Assembly: GCF_006345805.1 (NCBI RefSeq)
Contig: NC_042997.1
Span: 86,490,001 to 86,554,000, forward strand
Direction: 5' to 3'
DNA length: 64,000 nucleotides
Source of the DNA: Octopus sinensis
Lineage: Eukaryota
Positions 1 to 14,325 of the stretch are shown here, piece by piece. Below the pieces are notes generated by a model. The model saw only the letters and a program-made list of their open reading frames with translations, had not been told where the DNA came from and ran no database searches. How positions within the stretch are numbered: position 1 is the first letter of the stretch; each line of letters begins with the position of its first letter. The position numbers were made by a program, and so were the translations under genes.

Positions 1-183
1 TTAAATGTATTTATACATATGTAAACACTAGTCGCTACTCACTGAAAATATGCAAGTGACAAATATTGTTTTATAGTTAATCATTGTGGTAATCTATATT
101 GAAAGGGATTAATTAAATAAAATTATGTTCTCTTTATCATTAAACAAATAATAAATTATAAATACTCATACATATCAAATATA

Positions 184-1075
184 TTGGGTCATCCTATAAA
201 TAATGTGGATTTTTCATTTGCATGAACTAAAAGTTGGAGTGGGGTGGGATAAACTACATGCATCAACTTGCTATAAAAGCAGGTAGCAATTTTATCTTAT
301 CTTTATTCTTAGTGCAAATTTTGAAGAGTGCAGTTCGATTTTAGCAGTTATTTTTTCAAAGCTATAATAGAAGTGACAAAGAGCATATTCAGCATATTTT
401 GCTATATGAGTTCAATAAAGGCAACAAAGGAAAGTACAAGGAATATTAATGCAGTATATATCAGACAATAAGCATAAGCCAGTGTCCACTGTGGTTCCAG
501 AAATTCCAAGCCAGAAATTACAGCCTAGAAGATGAGCTTCATCCTGGAAGATCTGTAGAGCTTGACAAGGACGTCCTACAAACCCTGGTGGAACAAAATC
601 CCATCATAACTGTTGAACTAGCTGAGAAGCTTGGATTTGGTCATTCAACCATTCATCAACACCTGCACTAGAAGAAAAACGACAATCCTTTGTTTCAAGA
701 TGAAAGGTGTTCTTCCATCAGGATAATGCTTGGCCACATACAACAAGGATGACATTCCAATGGGAAACAATGCTCCACCCACCATATTCGCTGGACATTG
801 CCTCATCTGATTATCATTTATTCCGCAATCTTCAAGCTCATTTGGACAGAAAATATATGAATTCTATAGACAAGGTAAGAACAGTACTGGAGGAATATTT
901 TTCGTCATAGACAAGTGAATTTTGGAAGAGGAGCCTTGCAAGTCTACCAGATAGATGGAAGAGCATTGTAGAAAATGAAGGAGAATATATCTCAGATTAA
1001 AAAAAAACACTTTATCTTAATTTTGAAGAATAAAAGAAATATGAAAAAAAATGCATTATTTATGGAATGACCCAA
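184..1075 (+). mobile_element. Mariner element, internally deleted, with transposase remnant
   Basis: TIRs ttgggtcatcctataaataatg / cattatttatggaatgacccaa with TA flanks; ORF 707-910 has HQDNAWPH and HPPYSLDIASSDYHLF mariner motifs. Confidence 0.92.
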
Positions 1076-1275
1076 TATATACAAACTGTATACAGTTTAT
1101 GTAAGTGCAGTTAAATTTACACACATTTCTACTCTGTATTATGCTAACTAAATATCCTGTTAGTGTTGCCATGAAATTTAAGCATGGAGGTACCATACCA
1201 ACTAATTGTTTTTGTGCATGTCAGAGAAAAGGGCAAACAGAGAGACACAGCGGCACACCATTAAATATTCATGTG

Positions 1276-1319
<44 letters not shown>

Positions 1320-1369
1320 CATATGTATATGTATGTAAAATATGTATATGTAAAAAGTAAAAGAGTCAA

Positions 1370-1905
1370 AAGGAAGAGTATGATCATGTACAACGGATGA
1401 ATGAGGAGAGCTGTGTGAAGAAGTGCTACTCCCAAACATTTGACAGAATCCAGGGTAGAGGTAGACCCAGAAAGACATGCGATGAGGTGGTGAAGCATGA
1501 CCTTCGAATGTTGGGCCTCACAGAGGCAATGACGAAAGACCGAGACATTGGATTGTAGGGTGACATGCTGTGCTTGAGGAGACCTATTGAGTCAAGTGCA
1601 TCAAAATCAAATGGAAATTGTAGTTGTGATCTCCATGCCAGTGGCACATAAAAGTACTGATGCCAGCTTCTGTGCTGGTGGCATGTAAAAAGCACCAACT
1701 GATTGTGGGCATTGCCAGACTCTTCTGCTGGTGACACATAAAAAGCACCCACTACACTCTCGGAGTGGTTGGCATTAGGAAGGGCATCCAGCTGTAGAAA
1801 CACTGCCAGATCAGACTGGAGCCTGGTGCAGCCTCTTGGTTTCCCAGACCCCAGTCAAACTGTCCACCCCATGCCAGCATGGAAAACGGACGTTAAACAA
1901 TGATG
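1370..1905 (+). mobile_element. RTE-clade LINE 3' end with shared LINE/SINE tail
   Basis: Reads approximately HVQRMNEESCVKKC...GRGRPRKT.DEVVKHDLRMLGLTEAMTKDRD, then the tail ggcatccagctgtagaaa...ccagcatggaaaacggacgttaaacaatgatga. Confidence 0.8.
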
Positions 1906-1918
1906 ATAAATATATACA

Positions 1919-2133
1919 CAGGGTTGGCCAAAAGTCACCTGACAGTAAATCAAAATTCCATAAATACTATCTGTAATTCTATATTACTTGAATGAAAAAA
2001 TGTGTCACTCAAGGACTTCAGTTTGAACAAGTTTCATATTTAGATGCTTTTATTAAATTCATTCAGTTGTTAAACATAAAATCTCAGAATTAAATGGTTT
2101 TGATTTACTGTCAGGTGACTTTTGGCCAACACT
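1919..2133. mobile_element. Tc1/mariner-type MITE (~215 bp)
   Basis: About 35 bp TIRs cagggttggccaaaagtcacctgacagtaaatcaaaa and ttttgatttactgtcaggtgacttttggccaacac. Confidence 0.85.
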
Positions 2134-2148
2134 CTCTCTCTCTCTCTC

Positions 2149-2180
<32 letters not shown>

Positions 2181-3749
2181 CAGTGGGGGGAAATAAATAT
2201 TCGTACACATCAAAATTCTTTATTTAATTTCTAATTGAACATAAATGGGATATACCAATACTATATTTGCATACACATGCATAAACTAAAAATATGCAAA
2301 AGAAACTAATAAATCATAGTAACTAAGGAATTTATATTCAATTATAAATATTTAGGGGTGAAAAAGTATTCATACAGAACATAACTGATAATTCTGATTT
2401 GATACTTCGTAGCATAACCATTATTCAGTTCCACTTCAACCAATCTCTTCTTGTAGTTCTTAATCAATGACTTGCATGTTTCTTTAGGAATTTTTTCCCA
2501 TTCTTCTTGACAAATTTTCTTCAAATCTGCAATGCATGTTGGAACTCTTGAATGAATTTTAATTTTCAAATAATGCCACAAATTTTCAATGTGAGTGGCT
2601 TGGCCATTCAGGTGAGTGGCTTGGCCATTCTAATAATTTTATATTGTGATCGACAATCCATTTTTTGGTAGACTTCGCCGTGTGCTTATGATTGTTATCC
2701 TGTTGTAAAACCCACCCTTCACAAAGCTAAGCTTTTCTACAGTGTCCCATAAATCATTGTTCAAAATATTTTGGTACATCTCTGCATTCATTCTACCATC
2801 TATCACATGTAAATTGCCAGTAACATTTGCAGAGAAACACCCCCACACCATGATGTTGCCACCTCCAAACTTTACGGTAGGAATTGTGTTTTTCGGCGAA
2901 TAGGCAATACCATCTTTCCTCCAAACAATTCAATTTTCAACTTGTCTGTCCATAGAACATTTTCCCAGAATGTATCAGATTTATCTTTATGTTCATAAAC
3001 AAACTTTAAACGGGCATCTCTATGCCTTTTAGTCAACAGCAGAGTTTTTCTAGGAGAGTGTGATTTCAGTTCATTGCTGATTGTTCATAGTGTAACACTA
3101 GTCCCTGAAGCTAACAAATCTTCTTGCAACTCCTTTCTTGTGATCATTGCGTTTTTTCCGATTCTACGCTTCATTTTTCTTAAAGATCTAGGGGAAATCT
3201 TGTGTAGTGCACCGGATCTTATTCTGTTTTCAACAGTTCCCGATTTTTTTATGTCTTTGAATAAATGAAGATATGGTAGAAAATGGAATACAAAGGGTCT
3301 CTGATATTTTCCCGTAACTTTTACCTGCTTTCCACACTTCAATAATTAATTTTTTCACTGAATTTGTGAGTTCTTTACTTTTCGCCATTATTACGATACT
3401 ACTTTATGTTGTCTCAATGCTGAATGAAGCTAGTGTTTTGACACTTAAAAATGACAACTGATAAGATTATTGGAACAAATGAGAAAGTTCTAGTAAAAAA
3501 CAAATTATTTTAGCAGTATTTTGTGGCATAGAAAATCATAAATTTATTCTGTACGAATATTTTTTTCACCCCTAAATATTTATAATTGAATATAAATTCA
3601 TTAGTTACTATAATTTATTAGTTTCTTTTGCATATTCTTAGTTTATGCATGTGTATGCAAATATAGTATTGGTATATCCCATTTATGTTCATTAGAAATT
3701 AAATAAAGAATTTTGATGTGTACGAATATTTATTGCCCCCGCCCCACTG
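2181..3749 (-). mobile_element. Tc1-like transposon with long (~210 bp) TIRs; transposase pseudogene
   Basis: cagtggggggaaataaatattcgtacac... mirrored by ...gtgtacgaatatttattgcccccgccccactg; TA flanks in (TA)n; minus-strand fragments [35 protein letters not shown] with frameshifts. Confidence 0.93.
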
Positions 3750-3823
<74 letters not shown>

Positions 3824-3982
3824 TCAATTTCTTTCTATATAAAATCTTAAGTGGTTAATATATATTGTGTAATTTTTATGCATATTTTGTTTAGGTGGGT
3901 ATATGTACTTGTATTCTACTTCCTACAAACACAAAAGAAAATCTATTTTAGAAAATATAATTAAAAATATTTTTACACTTTA

Positions 3983-5275
3983 TGAGGGGCGTTCAATAAG
4001 TAATGCCCCTGACCCACTTCCCATAGCAGTAGAGCAACGAAACTTGGCACAGTTATTAGTCTTTTTCTACATAGGAACCACCCAGTGTTACGCATTTCTC
4101 CCATTGTTTGATGCAGCTCTGGAGACCGTTTTTGTAGAAGACCCCAGCTTGGTCCTCCAACCTGAACGTGACTTCAGAAATCAAGGCTGCATCATCTGGG
4201 AAACGCTTTCCTTTCAAAAACAACTTCATGACTGGGAAGAGGTGAAAATCAGAGGGTGCAAGGTCAGGAAAGTAGGGGGATGGGGGAGGAGTTCATAGCC
4301 ATACGCCTGTGCTTCTGATCTGGCGACAAGCGAGTTGTGGACCGGAGCGTTGTCCTGCAGGAGGAGGATGTCTTTGCTGATCTTGCCCCGCCTCTTGATT
4401 TTGATAGCTTCTCTTAATTTCCTCAAAAGTGAAGCATAATAGGCTCCTGCAATTGTGGTACCCTTTGCCAGGAAATCTGTCATCACTACTCTGTCCTGGT
4501 CCCAGAAGACTGTGAGCATGACCTTGCCAGCGGAGGGCTGCACCCTTGCCTTCTTTGGAGGGGGTGAGTCACGGTGCTTCTACTGCATTGACTGGGCTTT
4601 GGTCTCTGGATCATCGTGATGGATCCAGGTTTCATCCTGTGTAATCAGTCTTTTGAAAAATTTTGACTCATCTTCTTGGCACATCTCCAAATTCACCCTC
4701 GAGCACTCGACGCGTTCTTGCTTCTGGAAAGGCGTGAGCAACCTGGGAATCCACCTGGCAGACACCTTTTGCATATGCAAATGGTCATGAATGATAGTTT
4801 CCACAGACACGGTACTAATCTTGACCTCATGGGCTATTTGGCGAATAATTATGCGTCAATCTTCCAAAATGGCAGCCTCAACTTGACGGACAGATGCCTC
4901 ATCAATGGCAGAAGTGGGGGCGACCAGATCTGGGAGCTGTTTCCACAGAGTTCCGACCATGTTTGAATTCACGATGCCAGCGTTTTACAAGTTCATATGA
5001 TAGGGCATCATCACCATAAGTTACTTTCATTTCATCAAAAGTCTCCCGTGGTGTGCATCCTTTCAAATACAAAAACCGGATCACTGCTCGACACTCAACA
5101 GGCTCCATTTCACACTTGACTCGGTTCAAACACCTGTAAATCAGAAACCACAATTAATTCAGAGCTGTAATTTTTCACTTACTCTATAGAGATATAAATG
5201 ATTGCACATGCAAAATTTCAGCTAGATCCAACAACTGCAAGTGGGTCAGAGGCATTACTTATTGAACGTCCCTCG
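3983..5275 (-). mobile_element. Near full-length mariner (1.29 kb), frameshifted transposase
   Basis: About 37 bp TIRs (tgaggggcgttcaataagtaatgcccctgacccactt / aagtgggtcagaggcattacttattgaacgtccctcg), TA flanks; ORF pieces MEPVECRAVIRFLYLKG, SARWIPRLLT, ITQDETWIH, GKVMLTVFWD, LLQDNAPVH, HPP. Confidence 0.95.
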
Positions 5276-6134
5276 TAGTTTTTACTGCACCAGGAAGCTT
5301 CAATTAACGCTTCTAAGTTTTAAACAGACATATCGTTTACCTTCTTCATATACTGGGTATACATTATCTAAATCAGGACAAAGTATCTACATTCGATCTG
5401 CTAGAAATACCAACCACATCTACCTCATATTACACACTCTACCTTCTTAAAATATAGACACATTGTCACAGCTAGAACATCTTTAACCATAGGTCTTTCA
5501 ATCAAGGCTGATGTGGGCTAAACAATATGAGGAATAATTGAGTTCTTATTATGATATGCATGGGGCATTTTGTTGGATTCTTTTTTTATATTGGAATAAG
5601 TTAAATGTATTTGATCATATATCAGATTTAGAAAAGCTTAATATTTTTAGGTTCGATATAAAAACCTCCACTTATATTTTCTTTGGTCTACTTATGGGTT
5701 AAGGGTATCTTTGCCAGCATTCATTCATGTTAGATGTCCTTAATAGTGCAATGACATCTCCAAAAGTGCCTTTGGTGTCCTATCAGTCAAGAAATTCTCA
5801 GATGTTATTGTTGCCAATACAATAAAAACACAATAACTCATTCTCTGGTCACTGTATACCAAATATATTCATTACTTTACTATCACTCTGTGATACTTTA
5901 CTAACATTGTGGTCAAGAGCATCATTACTTACAGGTTTCCAACAGGTCATTCTCTGGTTCACTGTATTTCCAAATAACACACATCTGTAAATCAGGCAAA
6001 ATCTACTAAATTGGACTCAAATGACTGAGATAATCTGGTGCCTTGCTGTACTCAAGAAGACCCATTCTTCGCAATAGAATTGTTAATGCTGCTTCCTCTG
6101 CTGAAGAGGATTGGCCTGCAAGCACCCATGCTAG

Positions 6135-6292
6135 CACCATGTAAAAAAAAGCATCCAGTACACTCTGTCAAGTGGTTGGCATTAGGAAGGGCTTCCAGCT
6201 GTAGAAGCCAAGCCAAATCAGACAGGAACCTGGCACAGCTTTCCTGCTTGCCAGCTCTGATCAAACTGTGCAACCCATGCCAGCATGACATG
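6135..6292 (+). repeat. LINE/SINE 3' tail fragment (same family as 1750-1905)
   Basis: gtggttggcattaggaagggcttccagctgtagaa...aacccatgccagcatg, similar to the copies at 1750, 22550, 48080 and 62575. Confidence 0.75.
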
Positions 6293-9200
6293 TCATCTAG
6301 ATCCCGAGATAATTTTAACAAATCAAAAATTTATGTTGTATGGTATTTATTATGCCTGTATTTTTCTGTCGTTCAAATACCTGCCACTGGCCATTCTGAG
6401 TCATTTCTCTTAACTCATTTCTGTTTAAATAATGAAGTTTAAACTATTCTGTACTTGATAACTGATCAATAATCTTGTCAAGATAAATATAGTAGTTAAA
6501 AAAATTTGCTCTCTAAAATTAACATTCAAATTAAATATTTTAATCTGAAAAAAGAAAAAGAAAAATAGGCAACATGTTAAATTTTAGAATTTAAACTTTA
6601 TTACAAAGACAACCAGAAGTTCAGAGATCATTTGTTTATTATGAAACAATTTGTATTTGTAAGAGTTTAATAAAGAAAATTTACTGTAATATTAGACATC
6701 ATAGGCTCCAAATTTGTTTTTATTACTGATACATAACCTGTTATCTCTTAAAAGACATGCCATGAAATGTGTAAAAATAAAGGTCCAATGTCTTGGTTTA
6801 CAAGGACTGTTATGAAAAATTGCTAATATCATCTCAACTGTAGTTCATCTATTTAATGGTGAAATAAGATTGGATAGCTGATTATAGCAGATTGTAGTAT
6901 ATCTATGATGTCATACTATAATTATAACATGTCCTAACTACTTCATATTTAAAATAAAATATGTTCATTATGGTCAATACAAATGAATCTCAAAAAGGAG
7001 TGACACACTGCACATACTTAAAATGAGTACATAAGCAAAATAATGGACATTGGTTGTAATATAAAACTCCATTGTATATAACACAAAGTTATATTTGCTA
7101 TTAGTGGGGAAAAAAGCATCAAGAAATCTATTATTAATATCACATGCCCCATAAAAGAGCTTATTTGTACTCATACATGCACACAACCCATGCATACATA
7201 CACAAACTTGAACATTAAAGCACACTGAAAATGATTTGTCATGAATAGCTTGTATGGGCTTACTAGTAGTGAGCTAAGTAAGCATTGATGTTTGATGCAG
7301 AGTGCCTATTGTTTGTTTGAGCAAAATCACTGCATGTCGGTTATGCATGTGTAATTATTCCAGGAATGTTAGTTAATACTGGGTCATCAATTCAAGATTC
7401 CCAACAAGTTCATTTCTGCAGCAGATGTTTCGTTGTCTATGATCTGGACATTTCATTCTACCTGTTACAGTCCATCGATCTGTCAAGTATAGGTACTGGA
7501 ACTGCTGAGAATGTAACTTGAGTTATATTGGTGTCCTACTTATGATAGGATAAATATTTGTCTTTCATGTTTTTAACTTCTACAACCACCAATATTAAGT
7601 ACCACCATTACATTTTACATGCATACTAATATCTGCGAATGTTTTAGTATTTGTGTGTATATTTGTTTATTTGTACAAAGTGTTCTATAGGTGCTGGGTA
7701 GTTTATCTTAATTTTAACTTTTCCTATGGACCACAATCATTATGACCCTTTGTTGAATGTTGTATTTTTTTTATATCATTATCATTACAATTATTGTCTC
7801 CACATAGCTATAAGGCATTTCACTTTGCACCACAAGTCTTAAGTTACCATCTGCCCTTTAGTTGCAGAACCAGGATTTCAAAGTACTGATTGGTAAAATC
7901 AGCATCTTAACCTATTTGGGATTATATATATTCTTGTGAGTTCCTCCTCTCACCACCTTCTATCCTGCTGTTCAGCAACAGAGACTGGTCAGAGAGGCAA
8001 GTCTGCCACTTTCAATGCAGACAACTTTAGCCTTGTCAGTCACCACCATAGCAGTTGCTCTCACAGACATGACTGAGGTAGAAGCAAGACCAAGATAAAG
8101 AAAAAAAACTTGTGGCTATGCTGTTAATTTAACTATAAGTCAGTCAATTTTCCCAGCACCAAGCAACTTTCTCACCAATGCCTAGTGGTAGCCATTCAGT
8201 CTGAACAAGAGAAGAATAGGAGAGTTCTGAAATTTCACAAACTACACCAATAGAAACCCCTAAAACAACAGTACCACACAAATCCACCAAAACATAAACA
8301 TGTACGGCTTTCCTATGACTCCAAGACATCATGCAACAAAGTTGAGACAAACCAGTTGTAAAGGGTTTATTGTTAAGGCCACCTCAATCTTGAAACAAGA
8401 AGGGTTAACAAGGGAGCAGAAAGACCATCAAACAGTTACACAACCACACCATCTTGACAAAAATAGACGCAAAAACCAAAGCCTCAACAACTTCACTGTT
8501 GTTAAGAGAAACAATAGTGAGTTGGTGGAGGGCCTATCACAACACAAAAATAAAAACAAACAAAATGGTTTTGAGGAATTTATCCCCAAAACCTTCAAAT
8601 ACAGACAATGGGTGAAGGTGTCATACCTACAAGTTTATAAAAGATAAATTCTCATGACATTGAGATTTTTTTTTACAAAACTTCAAAGATAAAATTTTCA
8701 GAAGTCTTCCAAGAATCCCTTTTTTCATAAAACCAGATTATACATCCCTAGATTTTCTTTCTTACATTCTTTTCTCTAACATAGCCATACTCGTAATGTA
8801 TAAATGTAGGTGGCCTGGAGACAGCCCGGAAGTAAGGTCACTAGACGTAGATGTGATAGCCATCGGCAAGATCAGAATTTCCAGGACTGATGCACTTGCA
8901 CCCCTCTCTGACAAGATGCACCCATCTTATGGTTAGCTAGAATTGGTTGATGGAATGGCAGCATTTCAGATAGACTTGAATTTCAAGATACAATCTTCTT
9001 AGAAACCAGACAGTAAGTCAGTGCTATTGGATGTTAGCAGCAATGAAGGTGATACTGTCAGAGTACCTATATAGTGTGTAATGTCAAAACAGCGTAATGT
9101 TACCACAATTTCAACTAATCAACTACACAGAACATAAATGCGTGATCCGCATAGTTGACCTAGATAAAACAGATATCCATTTACTCATAGCTGAACACTG

Positions 9201-12200
9201 TTTCCAGCAAACAAAACCTACAGCCACCAGCTAAGTAACTCAGGCATTTGTCAATAGAGTAATCATCAACAATTGGTGGCAGAGCACTTCATTAGAGTTA
9301 ATAACATTTAGCAATGAAGTAGCAAAAGAAAGAACTAGATTAAAGTAGAAGCTACAAAACAAATTAGAAGTAATAAAGAAAATCAAGAGCCATTCTCTCT
9401 GCCAGCAGTGTCTAATTTTTCAACAAGAAACACAAAAGTCACATTTCAGTCTTTGGCAGACTAGGACAGGCGTGTATTAATTTCAAACAGATGTGTGCGA
9501 TTCTTTGAGCAACTGTTCAAAGTGAGTGATGGACTGGAGATGGTAGTAGACATTAGTGCATAATTTAACAGCTTCCCACAGCTTTGGAAGATGGTGCAAA
9601 TGTTGCAAAAAGCTGATAACAGTAGCCGAGATGCATCTAGTGATAAGTGGTTGTGTAAGGGACAAGTTACCTGATTTAGATGGTCTGTTCTACAGGTCTT
9701 ACATATATACATCCCATTTGGATTACCAATGTCTACTATAACTGGCAAAAGAACAGGGGAATGACAAGCTCTGTGACCTGAGGAGTCGCAACACTGCTAA
9801 GGAAGGATGTGAACAAGAGAAGTAATTCATTTCTGGTTCATTTCTCTGAAACACAAAGTTTATGATTTTCGCCAGTACTAGCAATGAGTTTGGCCCTTGT
9901 TGGCAGAAAGGTAATCAGGAAAATGAAGAACTGCTTGAACTTGGACAGATCCATCCATGACCTTTATCTCATGCAACAACATTCAGAAATCCTTGATCAG
10001 GAAGAGCTACTAGAAGACATTACCAATTTGAGATACACATGACAGGCATAGAAGCTAGGTCAGTCTGAGATGTATGCACTGCTGACAGTGCATACCCACA
10101 TTGATGTTTCCAAGGTCTACAAGATGAGAGTAAAGACTGAGGTTGTGACCACAAGTAAATATTTTTTGCTAGTGGGCCTGCTCTCAGTATGCAGCAGTGG
10201 AACAAAGCTGGATAGCCAGGAAAGAACTCCACACCTGTGAAGTTCAAGTGGAATTCAGTTTTCCCTCCTATGTTGCAGACATATTCTTTATCTCTGGTTC
10301 ACCACTCTTATTTGATGGAAAACTCCCACAATTTTATATCCTGTTCTTGAGCTGTCCTCAACACCTCAGGCTCTTGCAACTATTAAATAGTTATTCTAAA
10401 AGTTATTTTATTGTAAAGAATGTATACTATTGAAGCATATCAGGAATCAGGACACTGAACAATTAGTTGATGTAGCAGTTTTAGAATTGGCAATTTAGCA
10501 ATTCCTTTTTGCATAAATTAAATTGCTGATAATTTTAATGAAGCATCCTCTGCTCTCTCAACAAAAGATAGAGCAACAGCTCTTTTCCACTTTTCATCCT
10601 TTGTAACAGAACCTGAAGAGTTGCAGCTTTTCTGCTCAAAGCTTTCATAGTACACCTTTCTAATCCTGAGCATGTACAGCAGCTTTTTACTTGTTCCATT
10701 TATAAGGTTAAGACACTGATAAGACTATCCCTGCCAAGTGCCATTTTTTCCTCCTATCAGTACACTTCAACATCAAACCTCCTAATACCTTAAGATCTGG
10801 ACAAACTATCATGGCTGAAGGGATACATATTGCTAGATTTCATTCAATCACCTCTACCATCAATTTTTTTTTCATGAAGGTTTGAGCAAATTATGATAAA
10901 AATGAATGGATGATCAAACTGCATTGAGCATCACTGGACATAGTCCAAAACATACCAGTCTAATAAATCTCATTCTTCATAATTACTTCATATGCCAAAG
11001 AAAATATATTCAAAAAGCTAAAAACTTCTATATTTAAGATTTTGTTAATAATTCATTAGTGAGTTAGAGGCACCAGTGAAATTAATATTTTCTGACATAG
11101 GCACAATATTTTAACAATTATCTAATTCATAAGGACTTGTCACATTTTAAAAGCGGTGCATAGTCAATTGAATTTACCAAGTAAACACCTGGTATATTAT
11201 TTTATCAATCTTGGAGGGATGAATGCTGTAAGAGACCAGTGATATTTTAAGCTTAAAATGGGAGTGGAGAAAACAAAACTAAGGCATTCAGTCTGAGGTT
11301 CAATCATTTCTGCCAATATTAATAAACAATTTTTGCAAATATTTTTATCCAAATTCAACCTATGAAGTGCAAGTTGTGTTTCGATGAATACATTAGTGTT
11401 CCATCAAGACATCTATATTATTTCTTCCATGATTGTGAAAGAATGAATGTAAGAAACAGGCTAGTTTTCTATTATCCTAGTCATTTTTTGTATCTTGCAG
11501 TTTAACATATCAAAAGAGGTTTCCCTTTCAAATTTCAAAGAAGTTAAAAATTATTGCAATTAATATGATTATCATCAAAATAATTATTACTTATTTCTGC
11601 AACTAAATTTGTTTACACTACAGTAACCCCAAGGTTTTTTTCCCCCAATCATTGTAAATTTCACAGCCAAGCAATATTTCATCACATCAAGGAATAGAAT
11701 GATTATATATGTTATATAGTATGTGTATGAATGTGTGTGTGTGTGTGTGTGTGTATAGTACAGTAATTACAGTAAAAAATAAATGTTTTTAAAGCAATAA
11801 CAAGATGAATAATGGAAAGATGGAGCATCAGCAGTTGGAAAAGTTTTCATTTGTAGAAATTAAACATTTTGTCAATGCAAAAACAGATTCACAAGCAATA
11901 CTTCGGTGTAACAAAGTAAGCACTATGATAGTTAATGATATTTTGCTTTATTCCACACTTCAGGTCATTAATAGACAACAATCACCTCATACCCAAAGCT
12001 TTCTTCTGCACAATAGCTTACTCAAACTTGTTGCTAACTAAAAATCATAGATACTTACTCTATTTATGGAAGTATTTCATATGACAAACACTCCCAGATC
12101 CACACATTCATTTTTTTTTTTACTTTTTTTTACTTTTGCAAAAATCATTGTTTTTATCTCATATAAAACAAGCACACACACATACACATTTGAAAATGTA

Positions 12201-12656
12201 ATCTTTTTAAGCCCCACCCCCTTTCACTGCCCTCTTAATTTGATTGAGCTGAATAATGATCAGTCACAAAAAAAAAATTCAAGAAGTCATACACTCTATG
12301 ATAAAAAGCTTCTCTGCATTTTATCAAACTAAGCCAGATACTGGCCAGCATTAAATCAGATTTTTAAAAAAAAGATGTATATATGTATGCACATATGTCT
12401 GTAGATAGAGTATTTGTGCATATGTTTTAAAAGGAAATACTCAATAATCATTATTCATAAGCTTTTTGTTGAAAAAAAGTTCATTCCCTTCATACTGTTC
12501 CATGCAAACTTTCAGGCATGGATTATTGTGCCAACTAAGCAACAAAGAAGGCAATTCAGAATCGGATTTGTTGTACATGCTTGCACAGTCTACAAATGTG
12601 AATAACATCCATGTTCTAGAGCAATGTATGGCTTGTCCCCCAGACAATAATATGTA

Positions 12657-12803
<147 letters not shown>

Positions 12804-14325
12804 TCAGTGAGAGGAAAGCAATAAAGCAACAGTAATCAACATCATCATGGTTTCAATTGCTACAACTTCAAAAACAACTTCAGGGTGACAGTTTATAATG
12901 AGGGGGTTTGAAGTGAGACAAACATGGAGATCAGAACGAGGGTAAAATAGTTTTTTTTTTAATTATTAATTGCTGCCAAATGTAACTGTGCTTGTGCAGT
13001 AGATTTGAAAATTCTAATTTGTAAGTATGTAGCACGTGTATTTTCGGTGCTATTTGCAGCATAAATATACATTAATTTTAGTGCCCTCACTGAAAAAGTA
13101 CAGATGGCAAACTCGAGTTTGAGGGTAACTACAAAAATATTTTTTTTATTTTCATTCCCTTTGAAATTGCTCTTATTCATGGTTTGGGCTTTAACTGCCC
13201 TTTCTAGCATGTAAGGTGTCCTGTTAAAGGTCACCTCTTTTGTGAATAAATATGTAAATTGTTTGTACACTATTATTCATGAAAATATGTTGTCTATTGA
13301 CTTTATTACACATGCTAGCCACAAGTATGAAAATTTTTCTAAATTTTCTACCCTTATTACACACACACACACACACACACACATGTATATACAAGGCAAA
13401 TGTATTTGAATTGGTTCTTTTAATATCTCATTCTGCAGCAGGTGAAAATTACTAAATAAAATATTAGCCCCTTTTGACTAGGCACAAAAGCTTTGTCAAA
13501 GGAAGAAAATATTTTATATATTCCAAGAACCAAACCATACAACATTCTTAGCTTGCTAAGAACTTACATCATCTATAGAAGTTACTACATCAAATAAGGA
13601 TAACTGCTGAGTCTCCAAGAACAGGTCAAATGTAAATCATGTTGATTCTATCCACTTAGCACTAGGTCAACCATTAATATGTGACCTTTTGATCAAAAAG
13701 TATTCTAGATAGTGGAATGAAATCTAAGGAAAATGTAGCTGCTTTATCAAGTAGGTTTAGCATTCATGCAGAAGTTCTTTAGACAGGATGCAAGATTTTA
13801 TTTAACAGAAAATAATCTAGTCAACTGTACAAGGCAAAATTGACTCCTGAGGGCCTGAACTCAGAACATCAAAAGGGACAAAACTAAACACAGTTGAGCA
13901 ATTGATCAAAGATCAATTTATTCCTCTAATTCATACTCTCACATAGAAACGATACAAGAGTAGGAGTATAAAATGTAATGTTAACATGACTAAAGAGAAA
14001 ACAAACCCTCGCCCATGTATACATGTTAGAAAAAGAGCCAATTTCTTGAACATTTGTGATCATATATCAACTAATAATCAGTCTGTTGACTAATTGCCAG
14101 ATAATGTGGTATCTAGTCCTAACAGCTAAGTGAACCAAAGTAATGTAGCATAAAATGTTAGTTAATAAAACACAATGAATCACTTGCATTTGATTTAAAC
14201 ATTAGACTTAAAATAAGCAACTATTCCAATGTCTTAAACCATACCATCTCAATTTTTAACAGAAACAATTCAAATGTGAAAAAAGGAAGGAAAGGTGAAC
14301 ACAATAAATAATTAAAACATCTCAC

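Noticed and set aside
707-910. SETMAR-like host gene
   Set aside because: Lies between mariner TIRs, is deleted and has no SET domain; it is a transposon
1105-1498. ORFs rich in YIYIYI
   Set aside because: Translations of (TA)n microsatellite and a LINE tail; not genes
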